A stretch of DNA of 64,000 nucleotides. Origin: Octopus sinensis (taxonomy: Eukaryota). The translations under genes and the position numbers were made by a program. Under the pieces are notes generated by a model. That model made no database searches and was not told the DNA's origin. It saw only the letters and a program-made list of their open reading frames with translations. Shown here in pieces: positions 53,255-64,000 of this stretch. The stretch is taken from the NCBI RefSeq assembly GCF_006345805.1, contig NC_043010.1, forward strand, positions 40,300,001-40,364,000, written 5' to 3'. Positions within the stretch are counted from its first letter, which is position 1. Each line of letters begins with the position of its first letter.

Positions 53255-54198
53255 ATACATATATAGTATGTATATATGTGTATATATGTATGTAAATATA
53301 TATATATATGTGTGTGTGTGTGTATGTATTTATGCATATGTTTAGGGGGAGATTTATATGTATGCGTGGATATACGGATGTAAGTGGTACTATATGTATG
53401 GAGGTATTTGTGAGTATGTTCTCGTGTATATATGGTCATGTATACATCGATAAATTATGGAGCAGGTTATGCGTGTCTCTGGACCACCGAGTACTGAAGG
53501 CCGGATAATAAAATTTCACATGTGCAGCCTAACATGGGGAACAAAATAAACATCCAATACATTCAATAACACTTATAGCAGACACGCAGAACCGCGTTAA
53601 CAGTACGCGTAATGAAACTGCCCGCGTCTACTAAATTCAAACAAGGCAGATGGATGTGTTAGCATCGAATATTACCTGAAAAAATACAACTGGATCCCAT
53701 TATATAGGAATATAGGCAAACCGTTGCATAATCAAATATCTCTGTAAATATATGCAGAACTATCCTGTATGGAAACGTGTAGTGATTATAAAATAACTGT
53801 CCGACCATACTGCAATATATATATATATATATATAAATACAAAGATGAGACAAGAACGCAAAACATCCAGACAGTTAGGTGAAACAATAAAAAAAATGAA
53901 AACAAAATATCCAGACAGACGATACAAGAAAAACAAGGACGGATCATTCGGAGCTTTCTATTCTCAGTCGAGTTCCAGATCATCTTTGCAATTTCGGCTG
54001 GTTATATATATATATATATATAATATATAATATATATATATTATATATATATATATTATATATATATAATATATATATATAATAACAATAATAATAATAA
54101 TAATAAAGGATAAAGTTTAAAATAAAAATGTGGTGAAGCCAATTTAGTTGAACTCTAATTAGAATTATGCTTATAATATAGAATTTATATATATATAT

Positions 54199-54231
<33 letters not shown>

Positions 54232-54236
54232 TATAT

Positions 54237-54296
<60 letters not shown>

Positions 54297-54301
<5 letters not shown>

Positions 54302-56349
54302 TAAACTTAGACTTAGATAAACTTAGATATGTTTCGACCAAAGATTGGTCCAGGCCATGTCTAACTTAATAGCACCACCTGATAGGATTATTCGAATCCT
54401 GATTAAGTCAAGTTTTGTTTATGTTCCATTCAAGTAGTGAGTTCTTGTTGGGTGTGTTGTATGCAATTATGGGTGGCTTATCTGGTATTCTTTGAAGGAA
54501 TCTATCCAGACTCCGTTTAAAGTTGATGGGATCCTTTTCCTCTTTGATCTCCCTCGGGACAATGTTAAATAGGGCAGGGCCTGTTGATAAAAAGAAATTA
54601 TGTTGCAGTGTACATGTATGCTGTGATCTTGAATTGGGCAGGGGAGGTATGGCCCGTGGTCCCAGTCTTGGATGAACCTTGAAGCTAATGTTAAGGTCGT
54701 TTGGGCAAAGTTGGCGGTATATTCTCCACATCGTACAAATGATGTACCGCTCACGGCGACGCTGGAGAGAGTAAAGTTTCAAGGCTTTAAGGCGATCCCA
54801 ATAATCGAGAGCAGCCATGCCTTCAATTCTTTTAGTGAGTGCCCTCTGGGGTGACTCAATCCTGGAGATGTGTTGTCTTGTATGGGGAGACCACAGTGGG
54901 CAGCAATATTCAAGGTGTGGCCGTACAAAGGAGGAGAAAAGTGGTATGATGACATCTTGTTCTCTGGACCGGAAAGTTCTTAAGATCCAGGAACTCATCC
55001 TACGAGCTATATCGACCTTCTTGTTGATGTGTGCACTCCAACTGAGATCGTCATCAACAATTACACCCAGGTCTCTGATATTGCTAGAGGCTGTGAGCGG
55101 TTCCCCCGAAGGAAGAGAGTATGGCTGTTTTAGTGAGGAATTTCTTCCAAAATGCATCAGCTCAAATTTTCCATTATTCAGTTGCATTTTGTTTCTGTCT
55201 GCCAATTGACTCACAGCATATAGATCAGACTGGAGTTGAGTTCGGTCTGCTTCTTCATTGACGATTTGCTGGAGCTTAGTGTCATCAGCAAATATTTTCA
55301 CTTTGCAGTAATGTACGACACTGGAAAGGTTGTTTATGTAAATTATGAAGAGTTGCGGACCCAAGACAGTCACATGGGGAACACTGCTGGTGACTTTTGC
55401 TGGGCTTGAGTGGACTCCATCAACTACAACATGTTGTGATCTATTCGCCAGGAAATACTTAATCCAGTGTAGAACTTTTCCACGGATTCCAACATTTGCC
55501 AATTTTGAGAGTAGGATATTATGGTCTACCCTGCCGAACGCTTTACTGAAGTCAAGATATATGACGTCAGAGTTCGACCCTGTTCCCCAGGCTTTGAGTA
55601 CATCTTCAATGTGGTGTAAAAACTGTGTTAGACAGTCCCTGCCACAGCGAAAGCCATGCTGATTTGCATTTAGGAGTTTGTGGGTCTCCAGGAATTCAGC
55701 TATCCTTGATCTTAACACTCTTTCAAACACTTTAATGATGTGGGAGGTGAGTGAGATTGGGTGATAGTTGACTGCGAGGGATCTGTCTCCCTGTTTGAAA
55801 ACCGGGATGACCGACTGGGATAGAAACTGTTTCGGTATATAACCTGCATCTAACGAATTTCTCCAGAGGTTGGTCAGAGGGACTGCAAGTTGGTGTCTAC
55901 ATTCCTTCAGGAGACTAGCGGGGAATCTATCAGGGCCTACAGCAGAGTATTATTTGACCTCATTTATTGCTGCTACGATGTCAGTGGCAGTGAAGGTTAT
56001 GTCTGAGATTTTATGTTGGGAGTCAACTTCGTTCGCTTCTCTTACGTCAATATCAGTGGGAACACTAAAGACAGAGCAGTATTGTTTCTGCAGTATTTCT
56101 GCCATTTCTTTAGCATCGTGTTGGGGATTTCCGTTATCATCAATCAATGGCCCAATGGGTGAGACAGTGGTTCTATGCTTATTTGCATAAGAATAGAACA
56201 CTTTTGGGTTCTGTTTGATGTTTTTGATTCGCCACTGTTCCTCCACAGTTCTTTGATTTTCATTGGAGGTTTTCATGTCGGTCTGCAGATGAAGTTTTTC
56301 CAGCTCTAGCCTTTTCATTGTTGTTGAATGTGGATGTTGTGTGTGGGAA

Positions 56350-56350
<1 letters not shown>
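54297..56350 (-). mobile_element. CR1-like LINE, 5'-truncated, inserted in (TA)n
   Basis: One reading frame from 56318 to 54408 with a single stop at about 55950. Has a 3' UTR and a (TCTAAG)-like tail, with (TA)n on both flanks. Confidence 0.93.
54408..55730 (-). CDS. Non-LTR retrotransposon reverse transcriptase (ORF2 C-terminal 440 aa)
   Basis: QHGFRCGRDC, YLDFSKAF, VPHVTVLGP (degenerate VPQGSVLGP), FADDTKL, RDLGV and LEYCCPLWSP. Confidence 0.9.
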   Translation of the reverse strand: MFERVLRSRIAEFLETHKLLNANQHGFRCGRDCLTQFLHHIEDVLKAWGTGSNSDVIYLDFSKAFGRVDHNILLSKLANVGIRGKVLHWIKYFLANRSQHVVVDGVHSSPAKVTSSVPHVTVLGPQLFIIYINNLSSVVHYCKVKIFADDTKLQQIVNEEADRTQLQSDLYAVSQLADRNKMQLNNGKFELMHFGRNSSLKQPYSLPSGEPLTASSNIRDLGVIVDDDLSWSAHINKKVDIARRMSSWILRTFRSREQDVIIPLFSSFVRPHLEYCCPLWSPHTRQHISRIESPQRALTKRIEGMAALDYWDRLKALKLYSLQRRRERYIICTMWRIYRQLCPNDLNISFKVHPRLGPRAIPPLPNSRSQHTCTLQHNFFLSTGPALFNIVPREIKEEKDPINFKRSLDRFLQRIPDKPPIIAYNTPNKNSLLEWNINKT

Positions 56351-56419
<69 letters not shown>

Positions 56420-56599
56420 AATGCGTGTGTGTGTGCGTGTCTTGGCTACAAGAATTGTCTATATAAATGATATTTCATACGGCAGCTGGTGTCTAAAATA
56501 ACGTACAAATGCCTGAGGATAACATAAAAACAGATAAAATGTCACGAATAAAAATCAAATATATATTATCTTTGTTGAGATAAATAAATGAGTCGGTGA

Positions 56600-57110
56600 A
56601 ATATTTCTCACCATTTTCTAAGTTGTGTATCTCTATGTACAGGTTCATTTCTGTAAAAAAAAATTCCAATGTCAACAGATCTGCTTCATATATAAGATAT
56701 ATATTTATGCGTGTGTAAATACAATTTACTCGTAGATAGATGTCTCATTTTTATATCCCTTAATGTATATATTTATGTGAGTGTGACAGAGATAGACGCC
56801 TTTTTTCAAATGTCAACAAGTCTGTTTCATATAAATGATATATATTATTGTGTGTGTTTGTGTAAATAGATACCATACAGAGTTAGATGCTTTTTTCATA
56901 TGTCAACAGGTCTGTCTTATATATATAAGATATATATTTGTGTGTGTCCTCCATGGATGGCCAATCTGCTGAATCAGTCTATAACATAATCTTCTCTACC
57001 TTTCCATTTGTGTATCCGTAGGTAAAGGTTCATTTCCGTAAAAATTTTCAATTGTCAACAGGTCTGAATTTTTATATATATAAGATATATATTTATGTGA
57101 CTGTGTGTGT
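56600..57110. repeat. Degenerate tandem repeat of (a/t)tgtcaacaggtctg..atatataagatatata units
   Basis: Four units at about 56668, 56810, 56900 and 57050, irregularly spaced. Confidence 0.7.
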
Positions 57111-57134
57111 GACAAAAAAAATAGCAGCAGTCAA

Positions 57135-57617
57135 TGGCTGTAGTTTTTGTAACTACATCCATCTGGAATGCCACTTCACCACTTAACAATTAAAAAGGGG
57201 TTCCAATCATGCTGCTCAAGAATCTGGATACATCTTGTCTGTGCAATGACACCAGACTGGTGGTGAAAGCGATACGACCCCATGTCCTAGAGGCAACAAT
57301 TATGACTGGAAAATACAAGAGTGGGGATGTCTTCATTCCACAAATCCCGTTCATCTCATATGCCCCCCCCCTTTGAATTTAAACGGTTCTAGTTTCCAGT
57401 GAAAATGATTTTCGCCATGTCAATAAACAAATCTCAAGGACAGTCTCTCAAGGTTGTGGTCTATACCTTGCTTCTTGCTTTTCCTTACTCCTCTCATGGA
57501 CAATTATATGTAAGATGTTCACGACTTGGAAGTCCCCCAATTTTTTTCATTTATACACAAATTAAAGGGCACACTCAAAATATTGTATATTTAGAAGCTC
57601 TAGGTAATAAACTGTGA
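57135..57617 (+). mobile_element. Helitron Pif1-family helicase C-terminal remnant
   Basis: PSGMPLHHLTIKKGVPIMLLKNL..LCNDTRLVV..FPVKMIFAMSINKSQGQSLKVV..SHGQLYVRCSRLG..NIVYLEAL, with frameshifts. Confidence 0.9.
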
Positions 57618-58938
57618 TTGATTTCCGGATTTGTTTCAATACATTCGTTTATACTCACGTCATCTGATAGAATTTTAGTAAAAATGTATTTATTAACAGG
57701 AGAGGAGCGCCCGCACGGCGGTTGTTCTCAAATTTATACATTTTCAGGTTAAACGTGTTTCAAATAACTGATGATAATTGTTGATTGCAAAAACATAGAA
57801 CTACCTTCTGTTTGTTTTTGACAATTCTAACAGTGAGAGCATCAGACAAAACATGTTATTGACATATACAGTTGTTACCTCAGCTAATAACCGACAAGAA
57901 CTGTATAATCCATGTTTTATTTTCCTTGGAGATTTAAAAGTCATACTTAAATTTCATTATTTTCAATAACCTGAGAAACGCCGGGTTATTAACGTATAAA
58001 GTTAGTATCTCAGCTACTAGGATGTGAGACTTGCGTAGTCTATGTTTCATGTTAGTAAGAGATCTAAAAGCATTTTTAAATTTCATTATTTTCTTTAACC
58101 CAGGCAACTCCGGGTATTTCTGATAGTAAGAAATATAAAATGGCCACAACTGGAAAGAGCATTGATCGTGGATATTCCAGGTCAAAAGTGACTTGTGACC
58201 AAAGAACAAAATATAATACAGAAGATGAAACAATAGGCAAGAAACAATTAATATTGTATACGAGAAATAGTTTGCTTTAAACTTTTCACTGAAAATTTCA
58301 ACTTCTTCCGAGCCGACGAAACAAAATATAACTGGTCAAATGACTGGCTAGAAATGACAGCTAGATTTCATATCATTCTGATTAAACATGTTTTAAATAA
58401 GGACGCATACGTGATATAATATAAGCATCAACAAGTGTAAAAATAGGAGGTTGTGACGCCGAAAATAGTTTTTATCTACAAGGTAACCGGAGGCCTTTTG
58501 CGTGACGTGACCCTAGATATTTCGAGAAATATCGGTCGAATTTCGATGAAGCCGCAATTTTCTGTCTTCGGAACCTGGACATGTGGTAATTTAGTCTTCG
58601 ATACATTGATCCTGAAAAGAGAAAACTTGGATGAATTAAACCTACTCGATTAGAGAGAACTGTTCAATTAGCTACACTACTGCTGATTTACTTAAATACA
58701 TATCATTTATAAACTCAGGAAATGCAACGGACAAATAAGTGGATATTCGTACTTACACCCCACACAAACACACAAACACATAAACAAATCACTCAACCTC
58801 CATGCAAACTTACACATTTACGTGCGTATGTATATATGAGTGTGCATGGCTTTGCGTGAGTGTGTATATGCGTGTATATGGCTGTAATGTGTGTTTTGTG
58901 TGTGAGTATGTGTTTGTGTGTGAGTGTGTGGGGGTGTA

Positions 58939-59160
58939 TAGGAAGGGGTACTGATAAGTTCTTTGCTTGAAGGGATTCTCGAAAGATCTGGCGGGAGGCC
59001 CAACGTTCCGAGTTCTTTTACAGGGCTTAGAAAAACTGAAGGACCACTGCAATAAATGTGTGCATCTGAGAAGTGAATATGTTGAATAAAATCATAATTA
59101 ACTGACCCTCTTGTATTTTCTTCCAGCTAAAGCCAGGATCATTTCAGCACTCACCTCTCG
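58939..59160 (+). mobile_element. Mariner-derived MITE, complete
   Basis: ggggtactgataagttc..aagccaggatcatttcagcactcacc; same family as the copy at 44175. Confidence 0.8.
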
Positions 59161-59647
59161 CGCGTATATATATATTTATATATATATTTATACACGTAGA
59201 TATAATAGGAGACAGCACGAACCAAGTTGCATCGCAGCAGAAATAAAACCAGATCTCATATGGGTGAGAAACAAACCTCTTAACTACACAAAGCCATGTC
59301 TGCGTATAGAGGTATATACATGATACTTACATGTATGTATGTACGTTTGATATTAACAAATCATTTTATTTGACCATTAATGTACAAGTAGTAACTATTG
59401 AAAATGTTTTTATTTTTCATCCCCTTCGAAATTACACTTAACTGTTGTTTGGACTTTGACTGTTCCTTTTAGCATGTAAGGTGTCCTATCAACGGTCATC
59501 TCTTGGGGGTATGAGATGTACACTAATTTTTCTAGGATTTATATGTTGTCTATCGACTAATTTATGCATGCTAGCCACTGGTAGAAAATTTCTCTAATTT
59601 TTCTACCTAGATTATATCTATATATATATATATTAATATATAATATA

Positions 59648-59688
<41 letters not shown>

Positions 59689-59730
59689 TTATGTATATAT
59701 TAAGAAAAGAAGAGAGGGAGAGAGAGAGAG

Positions 59731-59780
<50 letters not shown>

Positions 59781-60473
59781 TGTGTATATTTTATTACATT
59801 AACGGGCTTCAAAATTTTATACGTCGCCGAAATACAATGCAAAATGGAAAACCACCCAAACCAATCCACGATATATGCAATATTTTTATCCTTAAAATTA
59901 ATGTAAATTTAATTAAATTCCTAAAATCAAGAAACACCTACGCACACTAATGTACACACACACACACACATATACAAACACTAGCAAGTTATCCGTATAC
60001 TTGTGCACGTGCAGTCAAATATAAATTTATCCCTGTATAAATCATTAAATATTGATAATGAAACATTATTTATAAAATGATTTTAATATCGGTGAAAAAT
60101 AGCTTGGCTTGTTATTTCGAATTTCAGTTTTATGTTTATTATATAGCATAACAAATAAAAATTCTACCGATACGCGCACATGCACACGCGCACACAACAC
60201 ACATTAAGAACGTACATAAACAGTACGGTTACACAACGCACATATACACGGATACGATATATTTATTATATATTTCTAAAAAATTTAGGAAGTGTACGGC
60301 TAAATCAAAGGATTTGATTCATAATTATACAGATTTAATATCGCCATTTAGTTGTACTATTTCAATTCATTTCTCTATTTGTAACGAAGAAAAAAATTAA
60401 TGATGTATTGTATGAGAAAACTGGTACAACTCTAAGGCACTTAAGCATAAACATACAGATGCATACGTGCATG

Positions 60474-60511
<38 letters not shown>

Positions 60512-60766
60512 ACATACGTATGTGTATGTGCGTGCGTGTTTGTGTCTATATCAAATGAAGGAGGTAGATATGATCAAATCATTATAATGTATGAGTGGAG
60601 CATCTGGGCGAAATGAGATGCTGACAGCAAAATACGTGTACGTTCATTTATATTCGCTTATGTTTGAATTTTCAATTACTTAACGTAATACATATATATG
60701 CAGATATGCTATGCATGTTGATACACACACACCATATTTATATATATATACAATAGTAATTTTAAA

Positions 60767-61039
60767 GAGAGAACCACCTTCAACTCAATCAACACTCAAA
60801 GGTTTTATACCCGACAACTCCATAGAATGTTAAAAAATTAAATATTATACTAACTATATCTATTCTGAATCCTGTATACTCTGTTTATAAGACTACACGT
60901 GTTTCGTGAAAGTACGTTGGTATTGATTAGATACGAGGTATCTAGTTTCAATACTTACTCGGTTTGATTTTTAACATTATATGGAGTGGTCGCGTATAAA
61001 ACCTTTCCGTGTTGATTGAGTTGAAGGTGGTTCTATCTC
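60767..61039. repeat. Inverted repeat, about 71-bp arms and a 130-bp spacer
   Basis: 60767-60837 versus 60968-61039 reversed, differing at about 6 positions. Confidence 0.9.
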
Positions 61040-61162
61040 AAAAATTAATTTTATATATATGAATTAAACATTGAGAGATGTTCATTTGACTACATATTAT
61101 TTGAATGTCTTTTTTCTGTGTACTCGGAAGTAATATTCCCTGACAATTATAATATATATATA

Positions 61163-61570
61163 AGGCTCAGGAGTGGCTGTGTGGTAAGTAGCTTGCTAAC
61201 CAACCACATGGTTCCGGGTTCAGTCCCACTGCTTGGCATCTTGGGCAAGTGTCTTCTGCTATAGCCCCGGGCCGACCAATGCCTTGTGAGTGGATTTGGT
61301 AGACGGAAACTGAAAGAAGCCCGTCGTATATATGTATATATTTATATATGTGTTTGTGTGTGTGTGTTTGTCCCCTTAGCATTGCTTGACAACCGATGCT
61401 GGTGTGTTTATGTCCCCGTCAATTAGCGGTTCGACAAAAGAGACCAATAGAATAAGTACTGGGCTTACAAAGAATAAGTCCCGGGGTCGATTTGCTCGAC
61501 TAAAGGCGGTGCTCCAGCATGGTCGCAGTCAAATGACTGAAACAAGTAAAAGAGTAAAAAGAGTAAAGAG
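61163..61570 (+). mobile_element. SINE family A, full length
   Basis: All modules are present. Confidence 0.94.
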
Positions 61571-62168
61571 AGATATATCATACATGTTTATGCATAGCAT
61601 ACGATGTATTAGAAAGCCCATAATATGCATTTATAGTTGTTAAACTAGCGACTAGAAGCATTTTGCCACGGAATTATACACAGACATACATCATGCTATT
61701 CCCTGCATGCACATAAAAGTGACGGACATAATTTTGACTGCATAGAGCATACATTAGGGGGCAATTATTCCTAATCCCTATATTAACAAGGGGTACTTTT
61801 AGCCAGTACGTTCATAAATCGAACACAAACAGGAATGTAGCTGCAATGCATGATCTAATTTGCACGTTATACAATAGACAGTAGCGGAATTAAGTAGATA
61901 ATAAACATGTATTAAGTTTTGGAAATCTAGGAGAAATTTAAATATTCGGAAATATTTAGTTCTCTTTTAAAGCTGTTTGCTATGGAGGTTTAATCTGTTA
62001 TGACTTAGTCCAGTTATTCTTTTCGTTATAAGATAAATATGTACCTATTTTCTGTGCATGTACACAAGTGAGCACTTTTATTCGTAGATGTATTAAATAC
62101 ATAAATCCTTATATCATATTATAAGTCGACTCTTCACGCACACTTACGTTTATATATATACATATATA

Positions 62169-62331
62169 CGACAGGCTTCTTTCAGTTTCCGTCTACTAAA
62201 TCCACTCACAAGGCTTTGGTCGGCCCGAGGCTATAGCAGAAGACACTTGCCCAAGGTGCCACGCAGTGGGACTGAACCCGGAACCATGTGGTTAGTAAGC
62301 AAGCTACCTACCACAAGCCACTCCTACGCCT
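62169..62331 (-). mobile_element. SINE family A, 5' half only
   Basis: Reverse of the head to gaaagaagcctgtcg, then a TA-rich tract. Confidence 0.9.
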
Positions 62332-62632
62332 ATATATATAATTATATATAATTATACGTTAACGCAAGGCAAACATCTCAAGACGTATAAAATATTATTG
62401 GAAATTCAAATTAATTGTTTTCCAATAATAATAATGTATATGACTTGGAATGTTTGACTTGCCTTAACGTTTTTTGTCCTCTTTAATAATTATATATCCG
62501 CTATATTGGAAATCTGCAATGGCCCCATAACTACTGTCTCGGCTATAATCTTGGAGCCCCTAGTAATACGTTGCAGCACTTACCTAGCATATCTAATCGT
62601 TTAGATCACCTGTGAACTAAACCACCATATTT

Positions 62633-62672
<40 letters not shown>

Positions 62673-62739
62673 TTGTTGAAATTTGCAGAAAAACAAAAGA
62701 CGAAGACAGGTGTATGAACAACAAGCAGGTGTATTTGCT

Positions 62740-63245
62740 TGACATTTCACGTGGCACGACTGTTTCAAATGTGCAAGGAGAATTGCCCCTCCCCGTGTCA
62801 GACCATCATTCGGGAGTCCAATTGCGATTTCTTGAAGCATTTCAACCAGGACATTCGGCGAAAGCGACCGTATATGTGGAGCATGAAGAACTGGATTCTT
62901 CACCGAGATTACCTCACTCGGGATTTTCTCGCCAAAAACAACATGGTATGGCTTGCGCAACCGCCGTATTCGCCAGATTAAGTAACTACGGTCTTCGATT
63001 TCTTCACTCAGTTGCAAATACAGCTCAAAGATCGTCGTTTCAACACCATTGTCGAGATCCAGAGAAAATCGACTCGCTTACGGAAAATGACTTCCAGCCC
63101 TGATTCTGAAAGTGACAATACAACCTGGGAGCGGTGTATTGCTGCGTGAGGTGACTATTTCTGAGGAGATGAGGTTAAAACTCAAGTAAATAAGATTTTT
63201 TTATGAAACATAACTAGTCCGGGAATATTCTGATACCACCTCGTA
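62740..63245 (+). mobile_element. Mariner element, 3' half
   Basis: DIRRKRPYMWSMKNWILH..FLAKNNMVWLAQPPYSPD*, ending in TIR-like ccgggaatattctgataccacctcgTA. Confidence 0.85.
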
Positions 63246-63639
63246 CGGCCATCCAATGAATGTCTTAAGGCTGTATCATGCGCGGGGACATAGAAATAAT
63301 CGGACTGAATACCTGATCGCGGTTAAACCTTTGGGTGTGAAGGACTCCTAGCCTTTGTTATGGCATCCTTCTAGGAGAAATTAACTCAGGTAACTGTGAT
63401 AACTCCTACATAAAACCTGCGGCGCAGTAGTTACCGATGATGTTGGCTTGTTCTTCTTTTCCGATTATGGCTGCTGTTGCTTAATGAGTGGGATTGACTC
63501 AGTGCACAGCCTTTCCTCATTTAAAAAAAATCTTGTTGCACAGGCATTGCACGATAACAACATTGATTAAGGTTCGTGCAATGGCCATACTCGATAACGA
63601 GGGGGCAGCCATATATATATATGAGTGAGTAGACAAAAG

Positions 63640-63840
63640 AAAGAAGGGAAACTCAACACATTTATTGGGAGTCACATGTATAGATTAAAATAGTTCGATT
63701 TAGACTCTTTGGTACTCTAAGATTCAAGCAAGTTGCTACTGTTCGGTGCGTGGCTACTCTTCAGACCCTATGGCCGATGACTATCCGCACACTGGAAATT
63801 GAGAGTACCAAGGAATCTGAATCAAACTGTTTGATCTATC
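63640..63840. mobile_element. Head-to-head pair of PLE terminal fragments related to 48705-48820
   Basis: tttattgggagt.acatgtat.gat.aaaa....gatt.a.a.tc.ttggtactct is shared with 48730-48787. An inverted copy gagagtaccaaggaatctgaatcaaactgtttgatc lies at 63801-63836. Confidence 0.7.
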
Positions 63841-64000
63841 TCTGTCTCCAGTTTATGTGGAAGAACCTTGCTCGAAACGTAAAGCACTCTGTCTTCCCTT
63901 CCCTGAGCGACTTTTAATTCTTTGCATGTACTTCGGTTGTTGTTTTTTCTTGTGATTTCTCTTCGCTTTTTACTTTTTAGATTTACTTTATATATACATA

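Noticed and set aside
53590-53635. GAAACtgcccgcGTC (similar at about 18160) as a hammerhead
   Set aside because: No credible CTGANGA box or stem I upstream.
54467-56190. Overlapping ORFs 54467-54754, 54672-54854, 54817-55209, 55345-55662 and 55870-56190
   Set aside because: Alternative-frame or antisense shadows of the CR1-like ORF2.

Overview
AT-rich animal genomic DNA with a very high density of microsatellites ((TA)n, (TG)n, (TACA)n, (GATA)n, (TTA)n). The repeat families and microsatellite load suggest an octopod cephalopod; this is an inference, not verified. No host protein-coding gene, rRNA, true tRNA gene or CRISPR array can be supported, so the window reads as intronic or intergenic. 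Nearly all long ORFs in the supplied track are microsatellite read-throughs or antisense shadows of transposon ORFs. Recognisable content: (1) many tRNA-derived SINEs from at least four architectures; (2) LINE remnants (CR1-like with a 440-aa RT ORF, RTE 3' ends, two R4/Dong-like RLE elements beside TAA repeats); (3) Penelope-like elements (RT plus GIY-YIG); (4) Tc1/mariner elements and MITEs, a decayed hAT-like transposon and Helitron pieces. The most unusual signal is a dense set of fold-back inverted repeats, about ten in 64 kb. Several carry decayed minimal hammerhead-ribozyme motifs of the kind known from Penelope-like elements; the best core is at 42400-42446 on the minus strand. This is an interesting local pattern. 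I cannot claim a demonstrably new biological system from the sequence alone.
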